DNA from: Octopus bimaculoides
Lineage: Eukaryota
Direction of reading: 5' to 3'
Assembly: GCF_001194135.2 (NCBI RefSeq)
Contig: NC_068993.1
Span: forward strand, 54,108,861 to 54,172,860
DNA: 64,000 nucleotides
The notes under the pieces are model-generated. The model was not told the origin of the DNA. It searched no databases and saw only the letters and a program-made list of their open reading frames with translations. The translations under genes were made by a program, and so were the position numbers. This document shows positions 21,667-35,757 of the stretch, piece after piece; position 1 is the first letter of the stretch, and each line of letters begins with the position of its first letter.

Positions 21667-24044
21667 ACACGGGCAGTTGATGGCAGTATGAGGAGAGTGG
21701 CAAACAACATGCCTTGGAGTATTTAGTTATGGTCCCTTCACATCTGAGTTCAAATGCCTGGTCTTATTGTAAGATAGCTAGCAGTCCCATACTGTTCCAT
21801 CCAGTTTGCCCTCCGTAATGTTTATCAAGTTAAGGTGGTGAAAGTAATAGTCAGGCAAAGCGTTTTGATTAATTGAAACTTATTAAAAGGATTAGAAATA
21901 TGTGTTAGATCTATAAATAAACTGTTTCAACTATTTGGTATAATTCAGGCTTATGTTTCTCTATAGTCATGAATTAATCTATTTTTTGTTATGCTACACA
22001 AGCTTAAATAAGTGTTTATCTTTGGATACAAAAGACATTGTTTTGAATTGTTTGTTGTAAAACATTATTAAATTAGGGTGAGGTTTTTTTCAAGACTCTT
22101 GAAATATTTGGCTAATTTCATAATCTGCAATTGTAGATTTGTTAAGAGTAACTTTTAATGTTCTGGAACTAGATTTTACTCTCATGGTGTATTTTTGGAG
22201 TTACCTGGTATCATAAGATTATAATATAACATACAATGATGTGTGTGTGTGTGTGTGTGTTGGAGTTGGGTAAACAAATGGTAGACCAGATTTTGATGAA
22301 ATCCAATTTCCAAAGCCACGAATACTGACAGCTGAATTGATGAGTTGTTCGATGTGATTGATCTGTCATTGTTACTTAATGCATGTTATCTATGTTAACT
22401 ATCATTTTGATAAGTATGGCAGATAGATAACATTTACTATGGGGTTTTTTTTCCCCTCTTTTTTTCTCTGTTTAATTCTATTTCAGTAGTTAAAATTGGA
22501 AATTGATACATTTCCATTAAGTTACCAATTTGGTCAATATCTTGATCATTCCTCTTGCTCAAAGACTTCTGTAATATCAATAAGAGTAATTTTCATTTGT
22601 GTGTTAGGTTTCTTTTAATTGTCTCTCATCTTCTTATTACCCTTCTCCCTGTTGCTCATTTCTTCAATCCCAGTCCCTCTACCACATATCTCTCCACTCC
22701 TCCACTTGTTTCACATCAGATGGTAGGGAGTCTCCCAGCCTCCCGCCCCCTCCATTGTTCTCATCTTACATCTCTTGTATGGGCCTGTTTGTACACTCTG
22801 CCCTTACCTCTAACTCTCACCATTGCTAACCTCTACCATTAGCCAATCTCTGTCTCTTCTTTTCCACCATTTTTACCATTATAATCTGCCAGGACCAGAT
22901 TGGAGCTTGATGCAGCCACTGGCTCTCCAGACCTCAGTCAAACCGTCCAACCCATGCCAGCATGGAAAACAGATGTTGAACAATGAACAAATCTATTTCC
23001 CTTCACCTGTTTATTCTGGCTCCCCCCCCCACCTTCATATTTGCTGCTACAGTTTGTATCCACATGCTATAAATAATATGCTAAAAATTTGGAGAAAAAA
23101 TTGTTAATTCAATCTAATAAAACTGAAATATGTTACACATCTTATATTTCACGTAATTTATTTGTTAAAACAACTTTTTACTTTCATTCTATTTTACTCA
23201 CTACTTGCTCAATCCAGTTTTATTTTCTGTTGATCTTGTTTTTAAATCAGTATTAATGTTAAATTTCTCATGAGGAGGCTTTCCTATTGTTAATTGAAAT
23301 TTCTACACATACCATCAATACACTCTCCCTCTCTTAGATATATATTCAACATGTGAAACCATTTGTATAACTGTTTTATTTTGAGCACAAAACTTTAATA
23401 GTTCATATTTAAATTCTGTGCTTATTAAATGATATTTATCTCTCATTGGATGAAGTGCCTTTTATGATCCCGCCAATAATTGATCAATAGACCATATATA
23501 TATATATAATGTGTTATATGCATAATTGCTTTCTTGAGTGGGTGCATTGAAGCAACTATTTTTACTGTGGGGTTGTTTGTTATCCAGTACTATTTTTAGT
23601 GGGTGAACTGGAGCAAGCAGATTTATATGCCTTGTTTGGTGGTGGTGGTCATGGGGGATGCAACAAATCATTGTAATAGTGTAACAAGATATGAAATTAT
23701 GAAAGTGTGGTCAGTTGTCCAGCACTTTAACCTCACGGCTACTCATATTTCTAAATGTTAATGTTAAACAATGCAAATTCATTGCATACATACTCGTGTT
23801 TTATTCATATTAGTCTGCTTTACAGCTTGTGTAAACTAAAAAAAAATCAATTATTTGGAGTAGTTTACAGCTGATTAACCTTTTTAATGCTAACCACTCA
23901 AACACTAGGACTTATTTTTGATATTTTATGATATTTTTCTTGTATATTTCGACACTCTATATAATAAATGATTTGTATTGAAAGAAATATGAATACATGA
24001 ATAATTAATTTTCTATTGTGACTAACTTTAATAAAATATATTAA

Positions 24045-24440
24045 GAGGAGTGGCTGTGTGGTAAGTGGCTTGCTTGCCAACCACATGGTTCCGGGTTCAT
24101 TCTCACTGCGTGATGCCTTGGGCAAGTGTCTTCTACTATAGCCTCGGGCTGACTAAAGCCTTGTGAGTGGATTTGGTAGACGGAAACTGAAAGAAGCCCG
24201 TCATATATATATATATATATATGTTTGTGTGTCTGTGTTTGTCCCCCCCACATCACTTGACAACCGATGCTGGTGTGTTTATGTCCCCGTAACTTAGTGG
24301 TTCGGCAAAAGAGACCGATAGAATAAGTACTAGGCATCCAAAGAATAAGTCCTGGGGTCGATTTGCTCGACTAAAGGCGGTGCTCCAACATGGCCGCAGT
24401 CAAATGACTGAAACAAGTAAAAGAGTGAAGAGAGAGTAAA
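24045..24440 (+). mobile_element. tRNA-derived SINE family C, full length
   Basis: A box TGGCTGTGTGGTAAG, B box GGTTCATTCTC, CORE-like CCTTGGGCAAGT, internal (TA)/(TG) tract, aagtaaaagag tail. Confidence 0.85.
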
Positions 24441-24444
24441 TTGT

Positions 24445-24770
24445 GAAGGCACATGGCTTATTGGTTAGGATATTTGGTTCACAGTCGGATGGTTGCAAGT
24501 TCAGTTTTGGGCGGTGCATTGTCCCCTTCAAGACACTATTTCACGTTGCTCCAGTCCACTCAGCTGACAAAAATGAGTTGTAACTATATTTCAAAGGGCC
24601 GGCCTTGTCACATTCCATGTCATGCTGAATCTATCTGAGAATTGTGTTATGGTTTCATGTGACTGTGGAGTGCTCATCCACTTGCCTGTTAATTTCACAA
24701 GCAAACTGTTCTGTTGATCGAATCGACTGGATCCCTCATCGTTGTTACTGACAGTGTCGGTTACCAGTTC
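24445..24770 (+). mobile_element. tRNA-derived SINE family D
   Basis: ttcacgttgctccagtccactcagctg...ccttgtcac...tgtggagtgctca; second copy at about 30000-30248. Confidence 0.7.
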
Positions 24771-25099
24771 GTTAAGGGTAATTAGTTTGATTATGACATT
24801 CGTCTGATTTTTGGTGCCAATTGACATATTTTCGCAAAATATCTTTGTACACCTCACCAAAGCAGACCAAAAAATTGGGGTGGGGGGCACTGTTTTTACC
24901 TTTAGAGCATTGACTGCAGTTGAGGACGTTAACAGGTTCCTTGAAATGTGGCTTTCGTGAATCAGACATCAATAGTTACAGTAGTCCTAGTTTTTTATTT
25001 GCTTCTAAGTTTTATTGCCTTCATTATCTTTTTTTTTTTTGTTTTTATTTTGTTCACATAGTTATTCTTATATAATCATGTTGGGAATAATGAAAAGAA

Positions 25100-25267
25100 A
25101 CCATTTAAACTGACCAGATCTGGCCTCTCACATAACCATACAGTGTCATTCTGCAAGTAAACAGTTACATTATCAAAATCTCTGTGTCATGAGATAATTG
25201 CAAACAATGTGAATAAATAAAAATAAGCTTTACATTTGACCGAGTAATCTGAATAGTAAAGGGTTAA
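25100..25267. mobile_element. MITE family 1, partial
   Basis: Right end ...ctgaatagtaaaggg-TTAA. Confidence 0.65.
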
Positions 25268-26760
25268 GCTAGTTAAAATAGTTTGGTTTGTTATCAGCAA
25301 ATTTTTTTTACTTATGTTTTTAATTAATTACTGTTTAGAAGAATTCTGGTTATTTACTGATTTGGTTCTAGCAATCTGTTGCATTTTGAATTAACCAAGT
25401 GCATCCGGTTTGATAGTCAACCAGTATTAACCATTTCCTTTATAGACATGAAGTGATAAAATCTTTATGTTTCTCTATTTTTATCTTAGTTTATTTTCAT
25501 TGAAATACTCAAAGATTTAAAGCTTGTTTATAGTATTACTTTTTTTACCTTGAAAGATTGAATTTTAATAAGCATGAGACCATGTTGTTATTGAAATAAA
25601 TTTTAAAACCATTTTTTGTCTTCTGTAATGCAATTTGTTAAAAATATAGAAAATGTATTTCAAAAGATCTGTAATTTTGTGAGGTATGATAGTTAATTGT
25701 TTATCATAATTGTTCATTTACAAGTGACTTTTTAAAGTCTGTGTAGATATCTGCCAATGTTCTCCTGATAGTTTTGTTTGTCATTTTCTTTAAAACAACT
25801 GTGGAAATTAGGTCTACACACTAGGAGCTTCTATATATAAATGTACAAGGGTCTGTTGAGATGATGCTTGTAAATAAACGTGTTAACTACTGGTTACTTA
25901 CCTTAAGAGCTCAATATTGTTTGATAATGCTCATCAGTATGTGTGGTAAGGAATTCAATTCTAAAATTGAATCTTATTGAAATTGACTTGGAATTTCATT
26001 ATTTTGGGGGTTGATTTAAATTATTTATGCCCATGTTTCAGTATTATTATACCAACCTGCTATAAAGAGTTGTCGCTGACTCTGAATGACAAAGGAAACG
26101 AAAACAACATGCAGACACATACAACACTTGAGCAGGGGTTGGGGGGACCTAGTCAAAATAATGATACACAGCATATGAACACACTCACACACACACACGA
26201 GCCTAATGAATGCATGCACTTAGCAAGTGAAAAAGAAAGTTAATTTATGTCATTTACACAAACATTAATCAATATTGGATCTCATTTAATAGTTATGATT
26301 AAAATTAGTATTGCATATGTTTCTTTTTCACACATATGTTGCTGTTTATCATTCACCCTCACTCCCCTCGTGTGTATGCTCATTTCTCAACTGTATGATT
26401 TCAGGTTCAGTCCTACTGCACAACACTTTGGACAGGTGCCTTTTATTGGGTCATCCCATAAATAATGTGGGTTTTTTTTCAATTGCATGAACTGAAAGTC
26501 AGAGATGGGTGGGATAAACTACCTGCATCAACTTGCGATTAAAGCAAGTAGTAATTTTACCTTATACAACTTACAGTATTCATAATTGGAATAAATAAAT
26601 AAAATTGAATATTAAATATTTATGGAATTTTTGATTTACTGTCGGGTGACTTTTGGCCATACCTGTATATATATATATATATAAATTTCAGGGTAGTAAA
26701 ATATTATTTAGAAATTTTTTACCACCGTGGCCTAGCGTATAGAAAAACTAGCCAATAGTC

Positions 26761-26948
26761 TCGTGCGGGTGACACGTAAAAGCACCCACTACGCTCTCTG
26801 AGTGGTTGGCGTTAGGAAGGGCATCCAGCTGTAGAAACTCTGCCAAATCAGATTGGAGCCTGGCGTAGCCATCTGGTTTCACCAGTCCTCAGTCAAATCG
26901 TCCAACCCATGCTAGCATGGAAAGCGGACGTTAAATGATGATGATGAT
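26761..26948 (+). mobile_element. SINE family A, young copy
   Basis: Nearly identical to 120-318. Confidence 0.85.
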
Positions 26949-27989
26949 ATATAGATTTATAAATGTGTCTCATCATCATCATTGCTTCACATCTATTTTC
27001 CATGCTGGTATAATACATATACATGTGCGTATGTGTGTAGATAAGTATCATCGTCTTTATGTCCAATTTTCTGTGCCTGCATGTGTTGGAGATTGTTGAG
27101 ACAAACTTTCTGCTCTCTTCCTGTTTCACTGATGGTGATAATTGCTTACAACTATTACTTAACGTCATTCCTATCAAGACAGATGCAAACACACAGACAT
27201 AATGTGCTACTTTCAGTTTCTGTCTACCAAATTCACTCACTTTAGTTGGCCCAGGACTATGTAATATATGTATGTATGTGTGTGTATGTATAATATAATA
27301 TAATATAATTGTTGGATATTATCAGCATGACACAGTGTGACCAAGTTGGTCTCTTTTGAATAACAGGCACGGGCCTTCCAAAGAGTCTCCAAATATTTGA
27401 TGCCACTTCCAAGTAGCGTCTTTGGCTGGTGTCTTTTATCATGTACGGGATCTTGTGCCTGTGAGGCAAATTTAACTACCTGTTTAATCTTGCACCCCAT
27501 CAATATTATGAGACATAAATTCATGTGAGAACTTTTTGTTTGTTGTGACCACTTTTGTAAAGAATATGGTGTTATAGTGGGAGGTAATTTGAACTCATGC
27601 TAACATGGAAAAACAGACATAAAAGCAAGCGAATATACATACCTATTTTAGTTTAATCGTCATTTTTTTTCTTTTTCTTTCTCCTCCCAAATATTTCCTA
27701 TAAGACCCTTGCAGTTTGTAACTGTAATGTACCTAAATTCATTTTTATCAACATTTCCAGATTATATTGGTCTCATTATCAGGATATGAGGGGTTTTTTT
27801 ATAGCTTCTGCACTACTACTTTTATAATGGCCAAGTTTATTTATGTAAACTTTACCGCCAGAATTTGACTGTTAATTCCACATCATCAGGCACATATTTT
27901 GGCCATTAGAATTACATGTCATCAGTCATCTGCTTAGCTTCCTATTTGTGACATGTGTATGTTTTCTGTGTATATTATAGCTTTGTATA

Positions 27990-28130
27990 AGGCAGCAAGC
28001 TGGCAGAGTGGTTAGCACGCTGGGCGAAATGCTTAGCAGTATTTCTTCTGTCTTTATGTTCTGAGTTCAAATTCCACCAAGTTTGACTTTGCCTTTTATC
28101 CTTTCGGGGTCAATAAATTAAGTACCAGTA
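27990..28130 (+). mobile_element. SINE family B, 3' truncated
   Basis: A and B boxes plus the central block. Confidence 0.75.
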
Positions 28131-29194
28131 TTATGTTGTTTTTTTTTTTGTGGTGAATTCTGTATAATATGGATGTATTATCTGTTAATATTTTTCCATC
28201 TAGCTTTGTTTTATAGTGTGTATTGTTGTAAATGCATAGTGGGCCTGTAAGAAGTGCATCTGTGGTGGTAAAGCACTTGTTGAAAAGTAGCTATTTTCCT
28301 TCATGTGGTCAACAGGTGCCATTCCCCAAGAATCCAAATATGTTACACTTATCTGTACAACATCTATGTGGCAGACAGTCATATGACAATCTTACTGGTA
28401 TTTTTTCTTGTTAGTTGCTGACAGAATCTTGGTAAGAATACTTCTGAATCTTCACTTACCATCTTATCACTAACAATCTTCTGCTAGAAAGCCAGTGTGG
28501 TTTCTGTTGCAAAGAGATCATTACTGATATGGTCTAAACCATGTATCTCTTCTACAGCAAAATCATCCTGTTCTTGTTGCTTCTGTCATACTTTTTGCTC
28601 TCAGTATCTTGCATAAAGCCACTTAGCTTAAAAAAATTGTAAAATTTATTTGTATAATGTATTCTATACTCAAGCTTACTTCATTGTTTTTTAACAGGTT
28701 CTACACCAAGTATATATATATATATATATATATATAATTCTCCCCTGCCTTTCAATCTCAGTATTTAAGCTACGCATAGTACTACTGTAGTACACATACT
28801 GTGTACACTCGTACAACGTTTTCTTTACGTGCTATAAAGGTAAAAATAAATCTGCCTTCAAATCAGTCGCGCGCCGGTATTTCACTTACTTTTTTGTGTT
28901 TTTTCCTTCAGTTTTAGCTCATTCCCATTTTTCCCCCTTTGCAGCAATGGATAGTGACTATCTTAATATATTTATCCTTTTATCTACTGACAAATCTTTT
29001 GATGATAGTTTACTACATGAAGGTCACCAACTGCCTACCCTGAGTAATTGCTGACAGCACGTGCCTGGATTGTTTTGTTTCTTACAAACCGTTAATGGCA
29101 CCCTTCAACTTTGACATATTTTTCGACTTTTTTCATATGTGAATGATGCTGAAGCTACTTCTGTGTGCCAGATGATAGATAATAGCAAACCTCT

Positions 29195-29500
29195 TGTACT
29201 CTCTTACTTGTTTCAGTCATTTGGCTCCAGCCATGCTGGTGCAGCACCTTAAACGGATTTAGTCGGAAAAAATTGACCCTAGGGTTTATTCTTTGTAAGC
29301 TTAGTACTTATTCTATTGGTCTCTTTTGCCGAACTGCTAGGTTACAGGGACATAAACACACCAACATTGGTTGTCAAGTGATGGTGGAGGGACAAACAAA
29401 GTAGAAAACACTTTCCCAAAGCGCCACGCTGTGGGACTGAACCCAGAATCATGTGGTTGGGAAGCAAGCTTCTTACCACACACCCATGCCTGCACCTATA
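29195..29500 (-). mobile_element. SINE family C
   Basis: Reverse complement of the 24045-24440 consensus. Confidence 0.8.
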
Positions 29501-29999
29501 TAATCACCTTGTTTTGAATACAAGTCTGTTGTTCATCAACATACAGGTGCAAGAGTGGCTGTGTGGTAACTGAAACAGGTAAAAGATAAAAAGATTCTGT
29601 ATGACATGAAACCACCCAAATCAAAACCCTCTTGTTTGTATTGGCTTCAAAGGAAGCTGTNNNNNNNNNNNNNNNNNNNNNNNNNNNNNNNNNNNNNNNN
29701 NNNNNNNNNNNNNNNNNNNNNNNNNNNNNNNNNNNNNNNNNNNNNNNNNNNNNNNNNNNNNNNNNNNNNNNNNNNNNNNNNNNNNNNNNNNNNNNNNNNN
29801 NNNNNNNNNNNNNNNNNNNNNNNNNNNNNNNNNNNNNNNNNNNNNNNNNNNNNNNNNNNNNNNNNNNNNNNNNNNNNNNNNNNNNNNNNNNNNNNNNNNN
29901 NNNNNNNNNNNNNNNNNNNNNNNNNNNNNNNNNNNNNNNNNNNNNNNNNNNNNNNNNNNNNNNNNNNNNNNNNNNNNNNNNNNNNNNNNNGGGGATGGT

Positions 30000-30248
30000 G
30001 GTGAACTCTGCTGTACTCTTCCACCATAACTTTCTCTCACTCTTACTTCCTGTTTCTGTTGTGCCTGTAATTCAAAGGGTCAGCCTTGTCACACTGTCAC
30101 GCTGAATATCTCCGAGAACTACGTTAAGGGTACACGTGTCTGTGGAGTGCTCAGCCACTTGCACGTTAATTTCAGGAGCAGGCTGTTCCGTTGGTCGGAT
30201 CAACTGGAACCCTCGACGTCGTAAGCGACGGAGTGCCAACAACAACAA
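30000..30248 (+). mobile_element. SINE family D 3' part with (AAC)n tail
   Basis: Shared with 24590-24760. Confidence 0.75.
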
Positions 30249-30535
30249 CATTTTAGGAATTTTTATATCAAAGCTTTCATGCATTCCTGGATATGTTGTT
30301 TCAGATGGAATAACTCAGTTTACCTGTAGAAATTTCATAATGAACAAGGTGCAATAAAAGTCAGGGAAAAAGATTTGTTTGTGGTATTTGTATGTCCATA
30401 TTTGTTACTGATTGTATTCATTCCCAACATTTCTTTTCGTCAGCTTTTTGAGGGCATCTGCATTTTTGTGTGATAAATTATCAATCATGTGCAACATTTT
30501 AGCACAGATGATGATTAACAGTAAAGCGACAGACT

Positions 30536-30715
30536 TCATCATCATTGTCATTTAACATCCGTTGTTCATGCCGGCATGGGTGGGATGGTTTGACCATGGT
30601 TGGTAAGCTGAGGGGCTGCACCAGACCCCAGTCTGATTTGGCATGGTTTCTATGGTTGGATTCCCTTCTTCACATTCAACCACTTCGAGAGTGCAATGGG
30701 TGCTTTTACGTACGA
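30536..30715 (-). mobile_element. SINE family A
   Basis: Same consensus, reversed. Confidence 0.75.
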
Positions 30716-31205
30716 CTTCTTTATAATAATGCCAATTTTCATGATAATCTGACCGCAAGTAAATAGACTCTAAGTATTTGAATTTTCAGGTATTTCCTGT
30801 TTAATCATTACAGAAATGAGTGTTCCTAGAAAATGAAGTTACAAAAGTATTCAATAGTGGACAGCAGAGTGTTGGTTAGATACTTTGAAGCATCTAGATT
30901 GATGAATGCATGTTGACTCGCAGTTGGATTGTGAAAAATAAAGAAATAAAATGAGACATTGTTAGTCATCTCATTCAATTAGACTTTTATTTGAGTTTAT
31001 ATTGCATTCTTTCTTTCCTAATGATGGATTTGAACAATTATTGAACTTTAGATACGTTTATCCTAAAAATAAGTAAAAAAAATTTTATTTGGAAATCACA
31101 AGGAAACAGTTTCATATTTTGAATCACTTTGAATTGTAACATATAAACACAAACTGTGACAAGCAGAGTAATATTACATATTTATTTTATAGGTGAAAAC
31201 CGAAG

Positions 31206-31310
31206 ATGCCACTGCCAAAGGGAGGCAAGCCTAGTAAAATTGTCTATCCTCCAAATTGCAAAGAGGTATCGGAGGATATTGGAAAAGATGAACTTGTTCG
31301 AAGACTTAAG
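31206..31310 (+). CDS. PDS5: PDS5 first coding exon (exon starts 31193, ATG 31206)
   Basis: ttttatag|gtgaaaaccgaagATG; MPLPKGGKPSKIVYPPNCKEVSEDIGKDELVRRLK|gtttgt. Confidence 0.92.
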
Positions 31311-32543
31311 GTTTGTTTTTGTTTTTATTAAATTTTATGTGTTACAATTTCAAAAAATTTGGTGCAAGAATAGCTGAATCTTTGTAATCATGAAAGTTTA
31401 TTAAAAATATGATGTGATCATTTATTTCATGAACTAGGTTATTTATATCCATTATTGGTTGGAAGCAATTACTTGGTAGATATTTTCAGGTCTCTCTCAG
31501 ATTAGCTTTGATTAACCTATGACAAATGTGTTCTAATAGTGACCATCTCGTCTGTTTTCTCAGACACTCGATCTAAGGCTATGTTATCCAATCTGTTCTT
31601 TTCCCAGGCTGCTATTTTCAATGTGTTTATTAGTCATCTAAATAGACGAATAATTTTGGATCAAATTAGTAAAATATAAAATATAGAAGTCTAATGTATT
31701 TAAGCCATTTGATATTAAGTTTATACAACCCCATATGTCTTTTATTGCACCTATTATGTTAGTTATATCAACAAATCTACTCTTTAATGCCTTTTATTTA
31801 TTAATAAGATAAAAATATGAATTTGTTTGGCCTCATATTATTACCATTAGTATTTGATAGCAATATATTGACAATATAAAAGACCAAATTACCTTTTTCT
31901 TTACTGGTTTCTTTTTCTCTTACATTTTTGGTTTGTGGAAGGAGAAAGCAGTGGCTGTGCTGAGAAGGAGGTGAAAGGAATTATAAAGAAAGATAGATTA
32001 GATAAAAAGATGTGGTAGATTGATGGAGTAGAGGAATTGCCAGCAGAGACAGGTAGTGAAATATATGGGAGTGGAAGAGATACTGTAAGTAGTTAATAAA
32101 GGAAGGGTAGGTGGAAAGAAAATATCAAGTGGAGATTTTAGAAGTAACTTGATAAAAAAGTGATATAGAGGATAAGTGAATGATAAAGAGAGATTAATAT
32201 GACATCAAAGTCTGTGTGTGTAGGAGTTGAAAAATGAAGAGAGAAGTAGAACAAGGAATTGGGTTAACCTGAAATTACCTATTGCAGATTACGAAGAAGA
32301 AGGAAAACAAAATTTTCTTAATCCTAAAATTTAGGTTTGCATAATTTTATAGGCATCATCATTTAACGTCTGTTCTCCATGCTGGCATGGGTTGGATGGT
32401 TTGTTCAGGGCTGCATCAGACTCCAGGCTCATTTGGCATAGTACAATTTCTAAATTACAATGTTTTAAAGTGAAATTTTATAAGTAAATTTACATAGTTA
32501 AACATTTTGCTTTGATATATGTATTTTTGTGTGTTTTTCTCAG

Positions 32544-32738
32544 ATGTTGGCCAGAGTATTCCAAGATATGGGGCAGGATGAAAATGAAAAATACTCTGAA
32601 CTAGCATTACATCTTGCCACTGAATTCTTCTTCGATCATGCCAGTAAAGATGTTCGTCTGCTTGTGGCATGCTGTATTGCCGATGTTTTCCGTATTTTTG
32701 CTCCTGAGGCTCCGTATAGAGATCCAGACCACTTAAAG
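32544..32738 (+). CDS. PDS5: PDS5 coding exon 2 (APEAP motif)
   Basis: cag|[13 protein letters not shown]...[30 protein letters not shown]|gtatgg. Confidence 0.96.
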
Positions 32739-32888
32739 GTATGGCCATTTTCATTGGAAAAATAAAAGCTTAACATATTTTTTCGCTTTCTTTTAAAAAG
32801 TTCTTCCACATCACTCATACTTTTAATTTATTAACTACATATTTTCATTGGTATATTTAATTAATTTTGTATTTTTCTCTTTTTGAAG

Positions 32889-32975
32889 GAAATTTTCATG
32901 TTTTTAGTCAAACAACTACGTGGTCTAGAAGATCCTGAATCTCCTTCCTTTAAACGTTATTTCTATTTGTTAGAG
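32889..32975 (+). CDS. PDS5: PDS5 coding exon 3
   Basis: [29 protein letters not shown]|gtaaat. Confidence 0.95.
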
Positions 32976-33404
32976 GTAAATATTTTCTTAAATTGTTTTT
33001 TTTTTTTTCTGAAATTTATCCACTTTTTTTTTTTCTGAAATTTANNNNNNNNNNNNNNNNNNNNNNNNNNNNNNNNNNNNNNNNNNNNNNNNNNNNNNNN
33101 NNNNNNNNNNNNNNNNNNNNNNNNNNNNNNNNNNNNNNNNNNNNNNNNNNNNNNNNNNNNNNNNNNNNNNNNNNNNNNNNNNNNNNNNNNNNNNNNNNNN
33201 NNNNNNNNNNNNNNNNNNNNNNNNNNNNNNNNNNNNNNNNNNNNNNNNNNNNNNNNNNNNNNNNNNNNNNNNNNNNNNNNNNNNNNNNNNNNNNNNNNNN
33301 NNNNNNNNNNNNNNNNNNNNNNNNNNNNNNNNNNNNNNNNNNNNNNNNNNNNNNNNNNNNNNNNNNNNNNNNNNNNNNNNNNNNNNNNNNNNNNNNNNNN
33401 NNNG

Positions 33405-33502
33405 AATCTTGCATGGGTGAAGTCTTTTAACATCTGTATTGAACTGGAAGATAGTCAAGAAATCTTCTGCAACTTGTATAAACTTATGTTTTCAATTATC
33501 AA
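33405..33502 (+). CDS. PDS5: PDS5 coding exon 4
   Basis: [32 protein letters not shown]|gtaaga. The acceptor is partly inside the N-gap. Confidence 0.93.
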
Positions 33503-33644
33503 GTAAGATTTTTTTTTATGTTTGCTCTCACAATACATTTGTCACTCCATTTAAAAATTTTATTAGGAAGGAATGTTAATTTTGTATGTGCTTAACATTT
33601 AAAGGCACCAATTGTTTCAACCTAATCTTAACTGAATCTGATAT

Positions 33645-33910
33645 CATTATCATTGTTGTTTAACATCTGCTTTCCATGCTGGCATGGGTTGGACGGTTTG
33701 ACTGAGGGCTGGCAAGCCAGAAAGCTGCACCAGGCTCCAATCCAATCTGGCAGTATTTCTACAGCTGGATGCCCTTCCTAATGCCAACCACTCAGTTGCT
33801 TTTTATGTGCTACCGGCATGAGGGCCAGCCAGGAAGTACTGGCATCAGCCCCTCTTAAATGGTGCTTTTTACGTGCCACTGGCACGGGAACCAGTCAGGC
33901 GGCACTGGTA
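33645..33910 (-). mobile_element. SINE family A
   Basis: Same consensus, reversed. Confidence 0.8.
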
Positions 33911-33927
33911 ATGTTTCAATATCAGAA

Positions 33928-34142
33928 AGGGTGGCAAGATAGCTGAGTTGTTGACATAGCAGGCAAAATGCTTAGTGGCATTTTGTAGATCTTTATGTTC
34001 TCAGTTCAAATCCTGCCATGGTCACCTTTACCTTTTATCCTTTCAGGACGGTTAAAATAAGTACCAGTTGAATACTAGGGTCAAAGTAATCCACTTATCT
34101 TCTCCCCCAAAACTGCTGGCCTTGTGCCAAAATTTGAAATCG
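33928..34142 (+). mobile_element. SINE family B
   Basis: Same consensus. Confidence 0.8.
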
Positions 34143-34681
34143 ATATCAGAAAGAGTGGATGAACTATAAATTACTTGATGCTTTTTGTTGATATTCTTTG
34201 ATAGTTATCCTGTCATAAGTTTATGATAAAGCTTTCATTTTATAATATTTAATTCATAGGAGATTTTTTTTTTATTTTGTCTCCTGTGGCATGTTTAGTA
34301 TTGTGTTGAGTCAAAATTTTTAGTATATCTTGGTAATTTATTTGCTTTGTTCGTCGAGTTACAAAAGCAGCCTAGCATTCACAGGAGAGGCCTTCATGTG
34401 GCACCATCTGAAGCCACCTTTCTGCCAGTTTTTTGATCCCTCACTGATACCAGTTCATGTCCGTCGAGACAAAGAACTCCTTCACTGAAGTTTCCATCTC
34501 CTCTTAGCTGAAGTGCCACGGACACTGAAAGTGAGCCAAAATATTGCAAAACTTTTCATTCAACACATTAATAAGAATGCATTTTTAGTTATTCATCAGA
34601 TGTTTGTTAATTATATTTCAGCACCTAATAACCTGATACAGCTAGCCTTTAAGCCATTACTTTCAATTTTACTCCTTTCAG

Positions 34682-34808
34682 TGAAAAGCATTCAGCAAAA
34701 GTTCGTACATTCATGTTAGATATGATGGTTCCTCTCATCACAGAAGCTGACACTGTCTCTCAAGAATTACTAGATACCATACTCATTAATTTGATTGAGC
34801 CATATAAA
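34682..34808 (+). CDS. PDS5: PDS5 coding exon 5
   Basis: ctttcag|EKHSAKVRTFMLDMMVPLITEADTVSQELLDTILINLIEPYK|gtaaga. Confidence 0.95.
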
Positions 34809-35341
34809 GTAAGAAGTTTGGGGATTTCTTTTTTTCACAATATTGAATGAAATTATTAGTTTTGCTTTGTAGTCTTGAAAGTCAGTATAAAATCAGAAAT
34901 GGTTCTTTGTTAATTTTACTGTTTTTTCTTTCACTTTTACAACATTAGTTGGACACAGCAATTTGTTTTATCGTATTTAATCTTATCTACTCTCACCAAC
35001 TGATAAAACTGCTAATAAATCTTTACCAACCAAAATTATCAATTTAACTTCTTTAAAGGTTACTCACTCCTTATGCACTTGCCAAATATTTCTTAATGCA
35101 CCAAAGTCAAAACCATTTTGAGAAAATGCTCTTGCTTTGAGGTGTTACCATATTTTCTATTTTACTAAATGTTAATTTTCATTGAGACCCAATGACTCTA
35201 GTTTGTTACAGTTATATAGAATTACAAGTTATCCATTGATCGTAGATGGTTAAGGATTAAAGAAGCTGATTGTTCAGTTGTTGTAATTTATCTAAACAAA
35301 TGCTTTCCCTCTGTTTGAATAATGTGAATTTTATTCTTCAG

Positions 35342-35422
35342 TCACAGAATAAATTAGCATATAATCTTGCAAAGGATCTGTTGCGAAAAACCAGCTGTGC
35401 AGTAGAGCCATACATTCAAACT
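35342..35422 (+). CDS. PDS5: PDS5 coding exon 6
   Basis: SQNKLAYNLAKDLLRKTSCAVEPYIQT|gtaagt. Confidence 0.95.
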
Positions 35423-35616
35423 GTAAGTAGTTTAAGTTTTTTCTTTTTTTTTCTTTTTTCTTTTTTTCCATCATCATTTTATTCTGTGGAATAAGTTGTA
35501 ACTCATAAAATATATTTGTCCTAATTTAGAGATAATTCAGGAAATATTCTTTTTTAAATCCTCTTTTGTTTCTTTTCTGTATTGAAGAAAATCTCTAAAT
35601 GTTTTACTTTTTCTAG

Positions 35617-35757
35617 TTTTTCAACAACTTGCTAATGATTGGCAAAACATCTGAAAGTGAAGTTTCAGACCATCTTTATGAATTAATCTATGAACTCAAC
35701 ATGATATCTGGTACCATGCTTCTAGCAGTATTACCTCAACTAGAATTTAAATTGAAA
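35617..35757 (+). CDS. PDS5: PDS5 coding exon 7
   Basis: FFNNLLMIGKTSESEVSDHLYELIYELNMISGTMLLAVLPQLEFKLK|gtaagt. Confidence 0.95.
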
